The notes: a model not told the origin generated them from the sequence alone. Shown: positions 52,204 through 62,998, counted from the stretch's first letter. The stretch is 64,000 bases of DNA from Dehalococcoidia bacterium (GCA_963666115.2 CAXXET010000001.1:1-64000), one strand, 5' to 3'. Numbers and translations are program-made.

Positions 52204-55200
52204 CTACGTTCCGTACTGCGTCTTCTGGATCACCCAGGCGCTGTACACGCCGTTCTTCACCGTCCGCACACGGACGTAATAGAACAGGCCGGCGGCGAAG
52301 CCGTGACTCACGGTCTGGCTCATGTTCGTGTTTGCCGTGCTGGTGATGTTGTGGGTGCCGCAGGAGTTCCAGATGTTGGTTGTCCTGACGCCCTGGTCGG
52401 TGCACTGGAGCTGGTAGGCGAACGTGTCGCTTGCCTGGGTGTTGGCAGGCTTCTGCCAGCTCACCGGATAGGTCCTGATATGCCCGGTGAAACTGGAGTT
52501 GCCCACGCTCACGCTTGTCGGAACGCCCGGCGGCGTCGCGAACGCCGCCGACCCTATCGCCTTCCCCGTCGTGCACGCCGAATCGCTGTACGCCGTGTAG
52601 GTGTACTGCGTGCCGGCCGTGAGGCTGCTCAGCGCGTGCGAGAAGTCGCTCTCGCCCGACACGCACGTCCCGCTCGACGCCTTCAGCCACCAGTCGCCAA
52701 CGTGGCCCACTAGCGTCAGCGTCGCCGTCGTCCCCGTCACGCTCCCAGCCTCAAGCCCGGGCTGCGGCGCGGCAGTCACCAGCATCTGGATCACGTTGGA
52801 GAGGGACAGCCAGGAGGTGGTTGTCAGCAGCACGGTGCCGCTCCTGCCATCGTTCACGATCGACCAGCCGTTGCCGGACGGCGTGTTGGTTTCGTTGTTG
52901 GAAGACGTGGTCTTGAGGGTGTAGCGGTTGCCGCTGCCCGTGGCGTTGGGGGCGCTGACACGAATGAAGTACGTCGTGCCGGCGTCCAGGTCGCACGTAT
53001 TCGTGGGATCGGCAGCGCACGTGAATGTGCCATTCGTATTGCTTGCGGGGTTGGCGCCGGTGAGCGTGGCGCGCGCCGACGAGGCCGGGTTGAGGCTGTT
53101 GGCGGTGTCCGCCGTGTGGAGCGTTACCACCACGTCGCCCGGCGAGCCGAACGTCTGGTGGAATGCGATGGTGATGCTGTCAAGCGTGTAGCCGCCCGCG
53201 TTCGACCCGGTGGTGAATGCCTGCGCCGCCGTGTCGAGCGAGTGGCTGAACTGCCTTCCGACACTGGCGGTCGAGTTATTCGTCTCGGCCAGGTTGCCAA
53301 CCGTCCCGGCGGTGGAGAACGCCACGGCGCCGATCTCGTTCGCCGTCGTGCAGGTCGAGTCGGAGTACGCCTTGTAGGTGTACCACGTTCCGGCGGTGAG
53401 GCTGCTCAGGTTGTGCGTCGTCGTGCTGATGGCGCTTGAGCACGTTCCGCCGGACGGCGCGGTCTTCTTTGCGTACCAGCTCCCGCTGTGGTTGGCGAGC
53501 GTCAGCGTCGCCGAATTCGTCGTCACGCTCCCCGCCGTCAGCGTGATTTCCAGCGTCGTGAACGCGGAGGCCGTCGCCAGCAGGTTCGCCGCCGCGCAGG
53601 TCGAATCGCTGTACGCCTTGTACGTGTACGTCGTCCCTGCCGTCAAACCCGTCAGTGTCTTGGTCGTGCCGGTCACCGGCCCCTGGCACAACGCGCTGTC
53701 CGGCCCCGTGTCCGCCTTGTAGTACCAGGAGGAGGAATGGTTGTTGGCGATGGTCAGCGTCGCGCCCGTCACGGTGACGGCGCTCGCCGCCAGGCTCGGC
53801 TTCGGCCAGTACGCGCGATCGCTCTCGTAGACGTTGCTGACCGTGATGGCGATCTGCGAGGTCGCGTTCGTGCAGTTCGGCCGGAGGAGCAGCGACGTGA
53901 GATGGGACGTCTGTCCGATAGGAACGGTTAGCCCGTCGACCGCCTTGGACCAGGTTCCGGCGGCGGTTGCGCGGCAGTACACGTTGTAGGTCAGCGCGTT
54001 TGAGCCGCTCCCGGTATCGGACGGCTGGCTCCAGGACAGGATGTTGCTCACGTAGTTGTTGATGGTGGGAACGCCGGGGATGCTGTGGAACGTTGGGGAC
54101 TGCCGCCAGTCCCACGCGTGCGACAGCGCGCTCCACGCCCGCGCGCGAGCCTGGTAGGCCAGCGCGCTGTCGTAGTTGTCCAGGTTGTTGACGACGGCGT
54201 TGAAGGTTGCGCCGGGTGTGGGGGTCTGCGTCTCTGCGTTGCTACAGGCGAACCAGCCGGACCACGTCGTTCCGCCGTCGGAGCTCGTGCGGCAGTCCAC
54301 CTGTATCCGGTCGGTGGTGTATCCCCCGTTGTTCGGGGGCGCCGTCATGGTCAGCGTCATGGTGGTCGTGGTGCGGGTCGCCGTGATGCTCGCGATCTGC
54401 TCCGGCACGGCGGGCCACACCGTCAGCCGCGTCCACTCGCCGTTGCCGCTCGCGTTCTTGCCCCGCACCGCGAACAGGTAATCCCGCTTGTCGTAGATGA
54501 CGCTCATCCTCTGGGCCGTCTTGTTGTACATCTGCGTGATGGTCGCCGACCTGTTGGCGTCGGTCAGGCCCGTCTTGCAGACCTCCCACATGCCCGGGTT
54601 GCCGGCGAAAGTGCTGCAGGCGAGGTCATAGGTATCGGCCCCTGCGGCGGCGTCCCACGTCAGCGTGATCGATCCCTTGCCGCGCGTCGCCGCCAGGTTC
54701 GCCGGCGCGGGCGGCAGCGGGATCGCATAGCTGATGGCGGACACCGTCCAGCCGCTCGTCCCCGCGCTGTTGACCGCCTGCACCCCGACCACGTAGTCGC
54801 TCGACCCGTTGACGGTCAGCGCTTTGGTCGTGCCCGTCTCGGAGGACGCCGAGCCCCAGGTGACGCCGCTGTCCGTGCTGGTTCGCACGTTGTAGCTCGT
54901 CGCGTTCGACACCGCCGACCATGACACGTTCAGCGTGTTTGAGGTGCGCGTGCCGAGCGTCACCGACGCGGGCGCCGGCGGCGCGGGGGTGCTGACGGAC
55001 GATTCCGTCCAGCCGCTCGTCCCCGTGCTGTTCTTCGACTGGACGCGAACCGCGTAGCTCTTCGTCGCGTCGATGCTGCTCTTCGTCCAGGTCGTCGTCG
55101 TAAGCGCCGTCGCCTGCCCGACCCACGTGCTGCCGCCGTCGCTGCTGAGGTCAACGTTGTAATTCGCTGCGCCGACGACGGCGGGCCAGGTCGCGGTCAG

Positions 55201-56607
55201 CGTCGTGCCGGAGCGCGACAGGCTGACGGACTGGGGCGTGATGGGCGGCGAGGTTGACGTGCCCGCCGGCGCCGATTCGACCCGCAGTGTGTGGCCGTAG
55301 TCGGTTGACGCCCAGACCAGGACGGTGTAGTTCAGGCTGTCGTTGCGGTTGTTCAGGGTGATGCTCGTGCCGGTCAGGCTGTCCTCAGGCGTGAAGTTCT
55401 TCCAGCTGTCGCCGCTGTTGGAGCTGGAGACGAAGTACATCCATGCGCCGGGAACCGCCGTCCACGTCGCCGTCAGCGTCCCCGTGCCGCGCGACGTGAT
55501 GGTCACCGTTTCAGGCCCGGGCAGGGTCGCGGGCACGTGGACCGACACCTGCGTTCCCCGGCTCGCCCCGCCCGCGTTCAACGCCTGCAGGTTGAACTGG
55601 TAGGTCGTTCCGCCGGGCAGCTGGCCGATCTGGTGCGAGGTCGTTCCCGCCCCGCTCCCGCCGATCTGCGTCTGCGCTCCCCACGCGCCGCCCTGCTGCT
55701 TCTGCTGGTACTGGTACCCGTTGATAGAGTCGTCGTTCGGATTCGTCCACGTGATCGTCACGCTGCCGTTATTCTCCGTGGCCTGAACCCCGCCGGGCGG
55801 ATCCGGCGGATCGATCCGCGGCGTGGCGGAAACGTACCACGGCGCCGCCGCCGGGGCGGGCTTGCTCCCGCTTCCCAGGTTGACCGCCCGGATCTTGAAG
55901 CGGTACTCAGCCCCGTTCGCCAGCCCGGTGAGACTGTGCGACGTGGTCGTGGAATCGCTGCCGGAGACCGCCGTCCACGCCCCCCAGCCGGAGAGATTCC
56001 CCGTGCTCGTGTCATTGTGGTTCACCCGGTACTCGTACCCGGTGATCGGGACGAGGGTGACGTCGGGAGCGGCGTCCCAGGAGAGGATCACGCTTTCATC
56101 GCCCGCCGCCGCTGCCAAACCCGTGGGGCGCGCCGGCGGCTTGGGCGCGGGTGTGGAAATAGGCGTGGGTTCGGGTGTCGGCGCAGGCGTGGGTGTGGGC
56201 GCCGGCGGCTTGTACGGATCGCTGGGCGGCGAGTTGCGCCAGCCGCCCCAGCCGCCGTCGCCGCGCCCGCGAACTCCGACGAGATACGTGTTGCCGTTGT
56301 CGACGTCGAACGTGATGCTCTCAGTGGCGCCGCCGCTTGCGGGGTGGGTGAGCGCGGCAAGCTCCCAGCTCGCCCCGCCCGTCGAACTATAGGTGACGTG
56401 GTAGCTCGTCGCGCCCGCGATGGCGGACCAACTCGCAGTCAGCGTGCCGTCCGCCCGTGATGTTGAGACGGATGAGGGCGTGGCGGGCGCCTGGGACGCT
56501 GCGACTGTATCGTAAACGCCAAGCAACGCCACAGTCGCCAGGGCGACCACGAGGACGATCATGCTTACGGCGGGCTTTCGTTGCGTAAGCGGTCGTGCTC
56601 CTGCCAT
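52204..56607 (-). CDS. Large secreted fibronectin type III repeat protein, paralog 1 (1467 aa, intact)
   Basis: AAGGAG RBS, signal peptide, multiple FN3 domains, Cys-pair modules, C-terminal FN3. Confidence 0.92.
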   Translation of the reverse strand: MAGARPLTQRKPAVSMIVLVVALATVALLGVYDTVAASQAPATPSSVSTSRADGTLTASWSAIAGATSYHVTYSSTGGASWELAALTHPASGGATESITFDVDNGNTYLVGVRGRGDGGWGGWRNSPPSDPYKPPAPTPTPAPTPEPTPISTPAPKPPARPTGLAAAAGDESVILSWDAAPDVTLVPITGYEYRVNHNDTSTGNLSGWGAWTAVSGSDSTTTSHSLTGLANGAEYRFKIRAVNLGSGSKPAPAAAPWYVSATPRIDPPDPPGGVQATENNGSVTITWTNPNDDSINGYQYQQKQQGGAWGAQTQIGGSGAGTTSHQIGQLPGGTTYQFNLQALNAGGASRGTQVSVHVPATLPGPETVTITSRGTGTLTATWTAVPGAWMYFVSSSNSGDSWKNFTPEDSLTGTSITLNNRNDSLNYTVLVWASTDYGHTLRVESAPAGTSTSPPITPQSVSLSRSGTTLTATWPAVVGAANYNVDLSSDGGSTWVGQATALTTTTWTKSSIDATKSYAVRVQSKNSTGTSGWTESSVSTPAPPAPASVTLGTRTSNTLNVSWSAVSNATSYNVRTSTDSGVTWGSASSETGTTKALTVNGSSDYVVGVQAVNSAGTSGWTVSAISYAIPLPPAPANLAATRGKGSITLTWDAAAGADTYDLACSTFAGNPGMWEVCKTGLTDANRSATITQMYNKTAQRMSVIYDKRDYLFAVRGKNASGNGEWTRLTVWPAVPEQIASITATRTTTTMTLTMTAPPNNGGYTTDRIQVDCRTSSDGGTTWSGWFACSNAETQTPTPGATFNAVVNNLDNYDSALAYQARARAWSALSHAWDWRQSPTFHSIPGVPTINNYVSNILSWSQPSDTGSGSNALTYNVYCRATAAGTWSKAVDGLTVPIGQTSHLTSLLLRPNCTNATSQIAITVSNVYESDRAYWPKPSLAASAVTVTGATLTIANNHSSSWYYKADTGPDSALCQGPVTGTTKTLTGLTAGTTYTYKAYSDSTCAAANLLATASAFTTLEITLTAGSVTTNSATLTLANHSGSWYAKKTAPSGGTCSSAISTTTHNLSSLTAGTWYTYKAYSDSTCTTANEIGAVAFSTAGTVGNLAETNNSTASVGRQFSHSLDTAAQAFTTGSNAGGYTLDSITIAFHQTFGSPGDVVVTLHTADTANSLNPASSARATLTGANPASNTNGTFTCAADPTNTCDLDAGTTYFIRVSAPNATGSGNRYTLKTTSSNNETNTPSGNGWSIVNDGRSGTVLLTTTSWLSLSNVIQMLVTAAPQPGLEAGSVTGTTATLTLVGHVGDWWLKASSGTCVSGESDFSHALSSLTAGTQYTYTAYSDSACTTGKAIGSAAFATPPGVPTSVSVGNSSFTGHIRTYPVSWQKPANTQASDTFAYQLQCTDQGVRTTNIWNSCGTHNITSTANTNMSQTVSHGFAAGLFYYVRVRTVKNGVYSAWVIQKTQYGT

Positions 56608-56802
56608 GCGCGCGCTCCTTTGGTTTCCTCAATATTACACGAAAGAGGCAGAGCGGCAAGCTAATAGTCATTGTTTTTTCATTGTTCTTACAAGGCACGG
56701 AAACGGCGCGCGGCGCAAGCGGACATAGCGGACAGGGCGGGGGAGGGACAGGACGGGGAACGCGGACGAGAGCCGCGAACGCGGAAACTAGTCGGTGCGG
56801 CG

Positions 56803-57690
56803 CTAGTCGGTGCGGCGATCGTCGCCGATGGGATAGACGTCCGTCAGGAACTGGTAGAAGTCCGAATCGAGCGGCACAACCAGCGTCGTGCCGTCGGTTA
56901 GTGATTTCTCATAGGCTTCGAGGGTTCTGACGAAGTTGTAGAATTCGCGGTCGATGTCGATGGCCTGGCCCTGGATCGTGATCGCCTGCGCTTCGCCCTC
57001 GCCGCGAATGGTCTGGGCGCGCTCATTGGCTTCCGCGAGAATCTGGGCGCGCTCAAGGTCGGCCTCGGCCTCGATCTTTGCCTTTTCCTCGTCACCCTCC
57101 GCGCGGAAGCGGTTGGCGATACGGGTTCGCTCCGAGCGCATCCGGTCGTAAGACGCTGGTGGCAACCTCGGGCGGGAAGTCCGCGCCCACGATCCGGACG
57201 TCCACGACGGACATGCCGAACTCGCGCGCCTTGACGTCGCTGCGCTCCGTCACGTTCCGCATGAGGGATTCGCGGTTGTCGCGGATGACCTCGATCTGGT
57301 CGTGCGTGGCCACTTTCCTCGCGGATCTCCGATGAGATGATGGCCTCCAGCCTGCGCGCGCGCCAAGCTCGGTACGGACAACCTCGAAGAACTGCCGCGC
57401 GTTGATGATGCGGTAGCGGGCATAGGAGTCGATGATCAGCGCCTTCTTCTCGGCGGTCAGGAACTCGGACGGCTCGGAGTCGAAGCGCAGGAGGCGCTTT
57501 TCAATGGTGTGCGTCGATTCGATGAAGGGCGCCTTGAGCTTCAGGCCCGGCTCCGTTGCCTCGCGCCGGTACTCGCCGAGGCGCGTGATGATGACCTGCT
57601 CCGTCTCGTCAACGACGTACAGCTCTGCGTCATGAGGATGAGGCCGGCGATGGCCGCGAAGAGGACGGCGAATCCGATGAGTCGTTCCAT
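56803..57690 (-). CDS. hflC: HflC protease modulator (several frameshifts)
   Basis: N-terminal TM; YDRMRSER.RIANRFRAEG, IRGEGEA, FYNFVRTLEAY; follows hflK. Confidence 0.88.
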
Positions 57691-57692
57691 GC

Positions 57693-58808
57693 CTAGCCCC
57701 CCGATCCCTGTTGGTCGGTCAGCGGCAGGAACGGCAGGACGTTGGAGCCGATGTCATCATCCACCACGATGACTTCGACCCTGGGCAGGATGCGCTCCAT
57801 CATCTCAAGATAGAGGCGGTAGCGGGTTGCCTCCGGGTGGTTGCGGTACTCCCGCAGGCGCTCCAGGAACCGGCTGGCCTCGCCTGTGGCGGTGCGGACG
57901 CGCTCTACCTTAAAGGCCTCGGCGGCCTGGACGATGCGGGCGGCGTCACCGCGCGCCTTCGGAACGATGTCCTCGCGGTACGCCTCGCCCTCGTTGATGA
58001 AGCGGGCGCGGTCCTCGCGCGCGCTGATCACATCCTTGAATGACTCCTGCACTTCGTCAGGGGGCTGCACGTCCTGGAGCTGCACGTTGACCACCATCAG
58101 GCCGGTGCCGTAGTCGTCCAACAGCCGCTGGAGGAGCTGCTGCGTTTCAACCTGCACCACTTCCTTGCCCGTTGTCAGCACGTCGTCGATGGGGCGCTGC
58201 CCGACAACCTGCCTCAATGCCGAGGCAGTGGCGTCACGCAGCGTGAATCCGTCGGGGCGTCCGCTCTCGGACGGGTCTTTGACGTTGAAGAGGAACGCGC
58301 CCGCGTCGCGAATGCGGTACTGGACGACAAGCTGCACGTCCACCAGGTTCTCATCGCCGGTGATCATGCGCGACTCGGTCGGCCTCTGCACGAGGCCCTC
58401 GCCTGAGCCGATCTCGCCAACGCTCCTGAAACCCAGCTCCAGGTTCTGGACGCGCTGGATGCTCAGGACGTCCTGCCGCTCGACGGGCCAGGGAATATGC
58501 CAATGCAGCCCCTCTGTCTGCTGATCGCCGTTCCAGTTGCCGAATGTTCGGACGACGGCCACCTCGCCGGGGTTGACGATGTAGATGCCGGAGCCGAGCC
58601 AGACGAGGGCGATGACTGCCGCGATGATGCCGGCGATGCGCCCAATGGGCAGGGGAGGGCCTTGCCCCTCTCCTCCGCCGGGAGGCCGCGCGTTGCCCTG
58701 GTCGTTGCCCGATCCGCCGCGCAAGCGTCCGAAGAGCTCGCGCACGGGGCGCAGGAGCTCATCGAGCTCGCTGTCGCCCTCCCTGCGGGGTTGTCGCTGG
58801 TAACTCAT
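57693..58808 (-). CDS. hflK: HflK protease modulator
   Basis: GLHWHIPWP, MITGDENLV, DVQPP..V..SF.DV, PKARG.A, RLYLEMME. Confidence 0.96.
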   Translation of the reverse strand: MSYQRQPRREGDSELDELLRPVRELFGRLRGGSGNDQGNARPPGGGEGQGPPLPIGRIAGIIAAVIALVWLGSGIYIVNPGEVAVVRTFGNWNGDQQTEGLHWHIPWPVERQDVLSIQRVQNLELGFRSVGEIGSGEGLVQRPTESRMITGDENLVDVQLVVQYRIRDAGAFLFNVKDPSESGRPDGFTLRDATASALRQVVGQRPIDDVLTTGKEVVQVETQQLLQRLLDDYGTGLMVVNVQLQDVQPPDEVQESFKDVISAREDRARFINEGEAYREDIVPKARGDAARIVQAAEAFKVERVRTATGEASRFLERLREYRNHPEATRYRLYLEMMERILPRVEVIVVDDDIGSNVLPFLPLTDQQGSGG

Positions 58809-60931
58809 ACAGACTCAGTATAAATGGTTTGGGCGATCATCTCCGAGAGATCAAGCACCTGCATGGTTTCGTCCTGCCCCGTCACGCGCACGCCGTCCTC
58901 AAACATCTGCGCGCAGAAGGGGCACGCGACGGCGATGGTGTCCGCGCCCGCGTCGATGGCGTGATGGGTGCGGCGGTGGTTGATCTTCTCATGGCCGGGG
59001 CCGTCCTCCATCCACATGTGCCCGCCGCCCGCCCCGCAGCAGAATGCCCGGTTGCGGTTCATCTCCATCTCCACTCTGTCAACCCCGGGTATGGCGTCCG
59101 CAACGTTGCGCGGCGCGTCATACACGCCGTTGTGCCTGCCGAGGTAGCACGGGTCGTGGTACGTGACGGTGCCGAACGTTGGGCCTTTCCGGCTCTTGTC
59201 CAGCGTCAGGCGTCCCTCCGCCACGAGGCTTTGCAGGTACTGCGTGTGGTGCATCACCTGATAGTTGCCGCCGAACTGCGGGTATTCGTTTGCGAGGGTG
59301 TTGAAGCAGTGCGGGCAGGTAGTCACGATTGTCTTGACGCCGTAGCGGTCCAGCGTCTCGACGTTCTGCATCGCCTGGAGCTGGAACAGGTACTCCATGC
59401 CGATTCGGCGGGCGGGGTCGCCCGTGCAGGACTCCTCGTCGCCGAGAATGGCGAACTTGATTCCGGCGTTGATGAGGATGCGGCCGGTGGCGCGGGCGAT
59501 TCGCATGGAGCGGTCTTCCATGGACGCCGCGCAGCCAACCCAGTACAGGACTTCCAGTTCCTCCGGATTCTCAACCTCGGAGATGAGGGGCACGTCCAGC
59601 CCCTCCGCCCATTCCGTGCGCGCGCGGCTCATGCCGCTCCACGGGTGCCCGCGCGTTTCCAGGCTGCGCAGCGCGGCCTCCGCCGTTTCGGGCATCCGCC
59701 CTTCGTTCATCACGAGGGCGCGCCGCATCTCAACGATGGTCGGCACGTGTTCGATGAAGACGGGGCAGGCCTCCATGCACGCGCCGCACGTGACGCACGA
59801 CCACAGGTCTTCCTCGTCCACAACCTCCCCGGCCGGGGCCATGACCAGGCGCTCCTCCACCCTGGACTCGTCGCCGCCCGCCTTGTAGAGCGCATTGCCG
59901 TAGGAGCCGACGTAGCTCTTGAGGTCCTGGATGACCATCATCGGCGAGAGGGTCTTGCCGGTGATGTTGGCAGGGCAGTTGTCCGTGCAGCGGCTGCACC
60001 GCGTGCAGGCGTCGCCGTCCATGAGCTGCTTCCACGTGAAGTCCGTCAGCGTCGCCGCGCCGAACGTCTCGCGCGTTTCAAGGTTGGGGATGGCCTGGAG
60101 CTTGCCGCGCGGCTCAAGGTTGCGGAAGAACCAGTTGGCCGGGGAAATCCACGTGTGGCTGAACTTGGAAAGCGTGGCGGCGGCGTAGAGCAGGGCGCCG
60201 AGCACCGTCGCGGAGTGGAACCACCACATGCCGCGGTAGATCGTCTCCGCCGTATCGGCTCGCACGCCAAGAACCTCGTAGAAGAACGCGGCAAACGCAA
60301 AACCGCCGGGCGACCAGATCGCCCAGTCCGGGTGGTCGAGATACTCGATGCCGAACTTGGTGTCGCCAAGCTGCCGCAGGCCCTCCAGCGCGAACCCCTG
60401 GAAGATCAGGATGATGGCGAGCGTGAGGATGATCTTGTCGTCCAGCAGCCCCGGCGAGTGCGGCTTGCCGATGGCTGAGCGCCGGAAGATGGCCATGGTG
60501 AGCCCGGCGAGCGCCATGAGCCCGCCCAGGTCCCACGCGAGAGACGAGTAGAGATACCAGTTGCCGATGGGCCACTCCAACACGCCCCGGTGTTTGAGCG
60601 GGTAGAGGAACTCTTCTTCGATGGTGCCGACGGTGGTGCCGAGGAAGAGCATGGACGCGCCCCAGAAGATGAGCAGGTGCATGAGGCCGCCGTAGCGGTC
60701 CCGCATGAACTTCTCATGGCCGTAGCCCTGCGTGACGAGGAGGCGGGTAAAGGCGATGCCGCGCGTTATGGGGTTGCCGAGGCGGTCTGCGGGCTGGCCG
60801 AGCTTCCAGAGCTGGGCGCGCTCATACAGCCGGTAGAAGATGTACGCGACCGTCAGGCCGGCAAGCGCGAAGAGTATCCACTTGAGGTCGCCTATCGTCC
60901 ACAGAAATTCCTTCTCCGGAACCACTGTCAC
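58805..60931 (-). CDS. Membrane heme-b/Fe-S oxidoreductase (FadF/HdrED-like; NarI-like + 2x[4Fe-4S] + CCG)
   Basis: MHLLIFWG, CTRCSRCTDNCP, CVTCGACMEACP, CPHC, YHDPCYLGR, FCCGAGGG. Confidence 0.92.
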   Translation of the reverse strand: MTVVPEKEFLWTIGDLKWILFALAGLTVAYIFYRLYERAQLWKLGQPADRLGNPITRGIAFTRLLVTQGYGHEKFMRDRYGGLMHLLIFWGASMLFLGTTVGTIEEEFLYPLKHRGVLEWPIGNWYLYSSLAWDLGGLMALAGLTMAIFRRSAIGKPHSPGLLDDKIILTLAIILIFQGFALEGLRQLGDTKFGIEYLDHPDWAIWSPGGFAFAAFFYEVLGVRADTAETIYRGMWWFHSATVLGALLYAAATLSKFSHTWISPANWFFRNLEPRGKLQAIPNLETRETFGAATLTDFTWKQLMDGDACTRCSRCTDNCPANITGKTLSPMMVIQDLKSYVGSYGNALYKAGGDESRVEERLVMAPAGEVVDEEDLWSCVTCGACMEACPVFIEHVPTIVEMRRALVMNEGRMPETAEAALRSLETRGHPWSGMSRARTEWAEGLDVPLISEVENPEELEVLYWVGCAASMEDRSMRIARATGRILINAGIKFAILGDEESCTGDPARRIGMEYLFQLQAMQNVETLDRYGVKTIVTTCPHCFNTLANEYPQFGGNYQVMHHTQYLQSLVAEGRLTLDKSRKGPTFGTVTYHDPCYLGRHNGVYDAPRNVADAIPGVDRVEMEMNRNRAFCCGAGGGHMWMEDGPGHEKINHRRTHHAIDAGADTIAVACPFCAQMFEDGVRVTGQDETMQVLDLSEMIAQTIYTESV

Positions 60932-61048
60932 GCCCCTCCCGCCCAGTTTTCGGCTGCTCCAAACGCCGTTCGGGGCAGTATAGCACGGGGCAGGGGAAAC
61001 CCGCGCCCAAAACCGCCGTCCGCGCCGCGCCCGCGCCGTTTGTGCAAT

Positions 61049-61078
61049 TTGACACTATTCGGCGCGGAATGCTATACA
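61049..61078 (+). promoter_or_regulatory. sigma70-type promoter of etfBA
   Basis: TTGACA-18 nt-TATACA with TGn extension; divergent TGCTATACT on the minus strand at ~60977-60985. Confidence 0.6.
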
Positions 61079-61136
61079 GATAGTGCCCCCAGACGCGGGG
61101 GCGTTTCCTTGTAAGACGGGTTTTTTGGGGGTATGA

Positions 61137-61928
61137 ATGCGCATCATCGTTACCGTTAAACAGGTGCCCGATCCGGAGGCGCCGCAAAGCTCTTTCACGG
61201 CGGACCGGGCGGCCAAGCGAGTGGCCGTCGCGTCCAGCGTTCCCGCAGCCGTGAGCGACTACGACAACTATGCCGCGGAAGCGGCGCTCCGCATTAAGGA
61301 CGCAGGCGGCGACACGACCGTCAGCGTCGTCAGCCTCGGCGAGAGCCACGTCCTTGACGTCATCAAGCGGCCCCTGGCGATGGGCGCCGATGACCTCTTC
61401 CTCGTGCAAGACCCCGACCTGCCAAACGGCGATCCCGTAACGGTCGCCGCCGCGCTGGCAGCGGCGATTCGCAAGATCAGCGATTTCGACCTGATCCTGT
61501 CCGGCAGGCAGTCATCCGACCTCGACCAGGGAATCGTCGCGACAGCCCTCGCCGCCATCCTGGACATTCCCGTCCTCACAAACGCCATCGCCGTTGAGGT
61601 CAGCGGAGACGAAGTGCAGATCGACCGCATCGTGGATGACGGCATCGACACGGTGGCCGCGCGGCTGCCCGCATTGGTGACCGTCTCAAACGAACTCGGC
61701 CAGCCGCGCTACGCGACGATGCGCGGCATCATGGCAGCGCGGCGCGTGGACCCAACGGTGTGGGGCAAGGGAGACCTCGACGCGATGGACGCGGCGGATC
61801 CGTTCACGGAGGTCGTTGATCTGTTCGCCCCCGAGAAATCGTCCAACGTCGAAATGATCGAGGGCGAGACGCCGGCAGAGGCGGCGAAGGCGTTGGCCCT
61901 GCGGCTGCGCGAAGAGCGCCTTATCTAG
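61137..61928 (+). CDS. etfB: Electron transfer flavoprotein beta
   Basis: VKQVPD, LAMGAD, GRQSSD, PRYAT. Confidence 0.96.
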   Translation: MRIIVTVKQVPDPEAPQSSFTADRAAKRVAVASSVPAAVSDYDNYAAEAALRIKDAGGDTTVSVVSLGESHVLDVIKRPLAMGADDLFLVQDPDLPNGDPVTVAAALAAAIRKISDFDLILSGRQSSDLDQGIVATALAAILDIPVLTNAIAVEVSGDEVQIDRIVDDGIDTVAARLPALVTVSNELGQPRYATMRGIMAARRVDPTVWGKGDLDAMDAADPFTEVVDLFAPEKSSNVEMIEGETPAEAAKALALRLREERLI

Positions 61929-61999
61929 GCCTTAAACGGCCTTATCTGGCCTTAGCGAAGCCTACATTGTGAATTAAGTAGCGAGGAGGTAGATACGAA

Positions 62000-62998
62000 A
62001 TGGCCGGTGAAAACGGCATCCTGATAGTAGCTGAGACCGGAGCCGACGGCTCCCTGGGCAGCATCACAAACGAGTTGATGTCCGCCGCCAACAGCTTGTC
62101 CGCAGATTTGGGCGAGCCTGTTTCGGCAGCGCTGATTGGCAACGGAATCGGCGCCCGCGCGCAGGACATCATCGACCTGGGCGCGGACACCGTGTACCTG
62201 GTGGACGGCGACCAGTTCGCCAGCTACCTGAACGAGACGTACACCCCGGCGGTTATCGCCATTGCCCAGCAGGCAAACCCGCGCATCATTTTGATTGGCC
62301 ACACGCCAAACGGACGCGACCTTGGACCGTACCTGGCAGTGCGCCTCCAGACCGGCATCGCCTCCGACACGTCCGGCCTGAGCATTGCGGACGGGCAGCT
62401 GCAGGCGGCGCGGTCCGTGGCGGGCGGCCTGTTCCGGCAGGTTGTCTCCTTCCCGAAGATGCCTGCAATCGCGACGGTTCACATGAAGGCGTATGACGGC
62501 GCGGAACCGCAGAGCGGCCGCTCCGGCAACGTGGTGAACGTGGACGTCGGGCTGGACGCCTCATCCGTGCGCTCCCGTTTCGTCAAGCACGAGGACGCGC
62601 AGGTTGAGGGAATCCGCATGGAGGACGCGGCGATCGTCGTGACCGGCGGGCGCGGCATGGGTGACGAGGCGGGCTTCAACGAGTTGTACAAGCTCCAGGA
62701 CCTGCTGCCGCAGTCCGCAGTTGGCGCGACGCGCGCGGCGACGGACTCCGGCTTCTGCGACCAGGACCTGATGATCGGCATCACGGGGCGGGTTGTCTCG
62801 CCGGACGTGTACTTTGCCATTGCGCTGTCCGGCGCAAGCCAGCACATGGCGGGCTGCTCCGGCTCGAAGAACATCGTGGCGATCAACCGCGACCCGGAGG
62901 CCAACATCTTCAGCGAGTCGCGCTTTGGCGTCGTCGGCGACTACAAGCAGGTGCTGCCGGCGCTCATCGAAGAAGTCCAGAAGTTGATGCAAGGCTAG
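62000..62998 (+). CDS. etfA: Electron transfer flavoprotein alpha
   Basis: GGRGMG, GATRAA, IGITG, SGASQH.AG, AINRDPEANIF. Confidence 0.96.
   Translation: MAGENGILIVAETGADGSLGSITNELMSAANSLSADLGEPVSAALIGNGIGARAQDIIDLGADTVYLVDGDQFASYLNETYTPAVIAIAQQANPRIILIGHTPNGRDLGPYLAVRLQTGIASDTSGLSIADGQLQAARSVAGGLFRQVVSFPKMPAIATVHMKAYDGAEPQSGRSGNVVNVDVGLDASSVRSRFVKHEDAQVEGIRMEDAAIVVTGGRGMGDEAGFNELYKLQDLLPQSAVGATRAATDSGFCDQDLMIGITGRVVSPDVYFAIALSGASQHMAGCSGSKNIVAINRDPEANIFSESRFGVVGDYKQVLPALIEEVQKLMQG

Noticed and set aside
43187-56607. Diversity-generating retroelement acting on the FN3 genes
   Set aside because: No reverse transcriptase in the window; differences between copies include indels and do not look adenine-specific.
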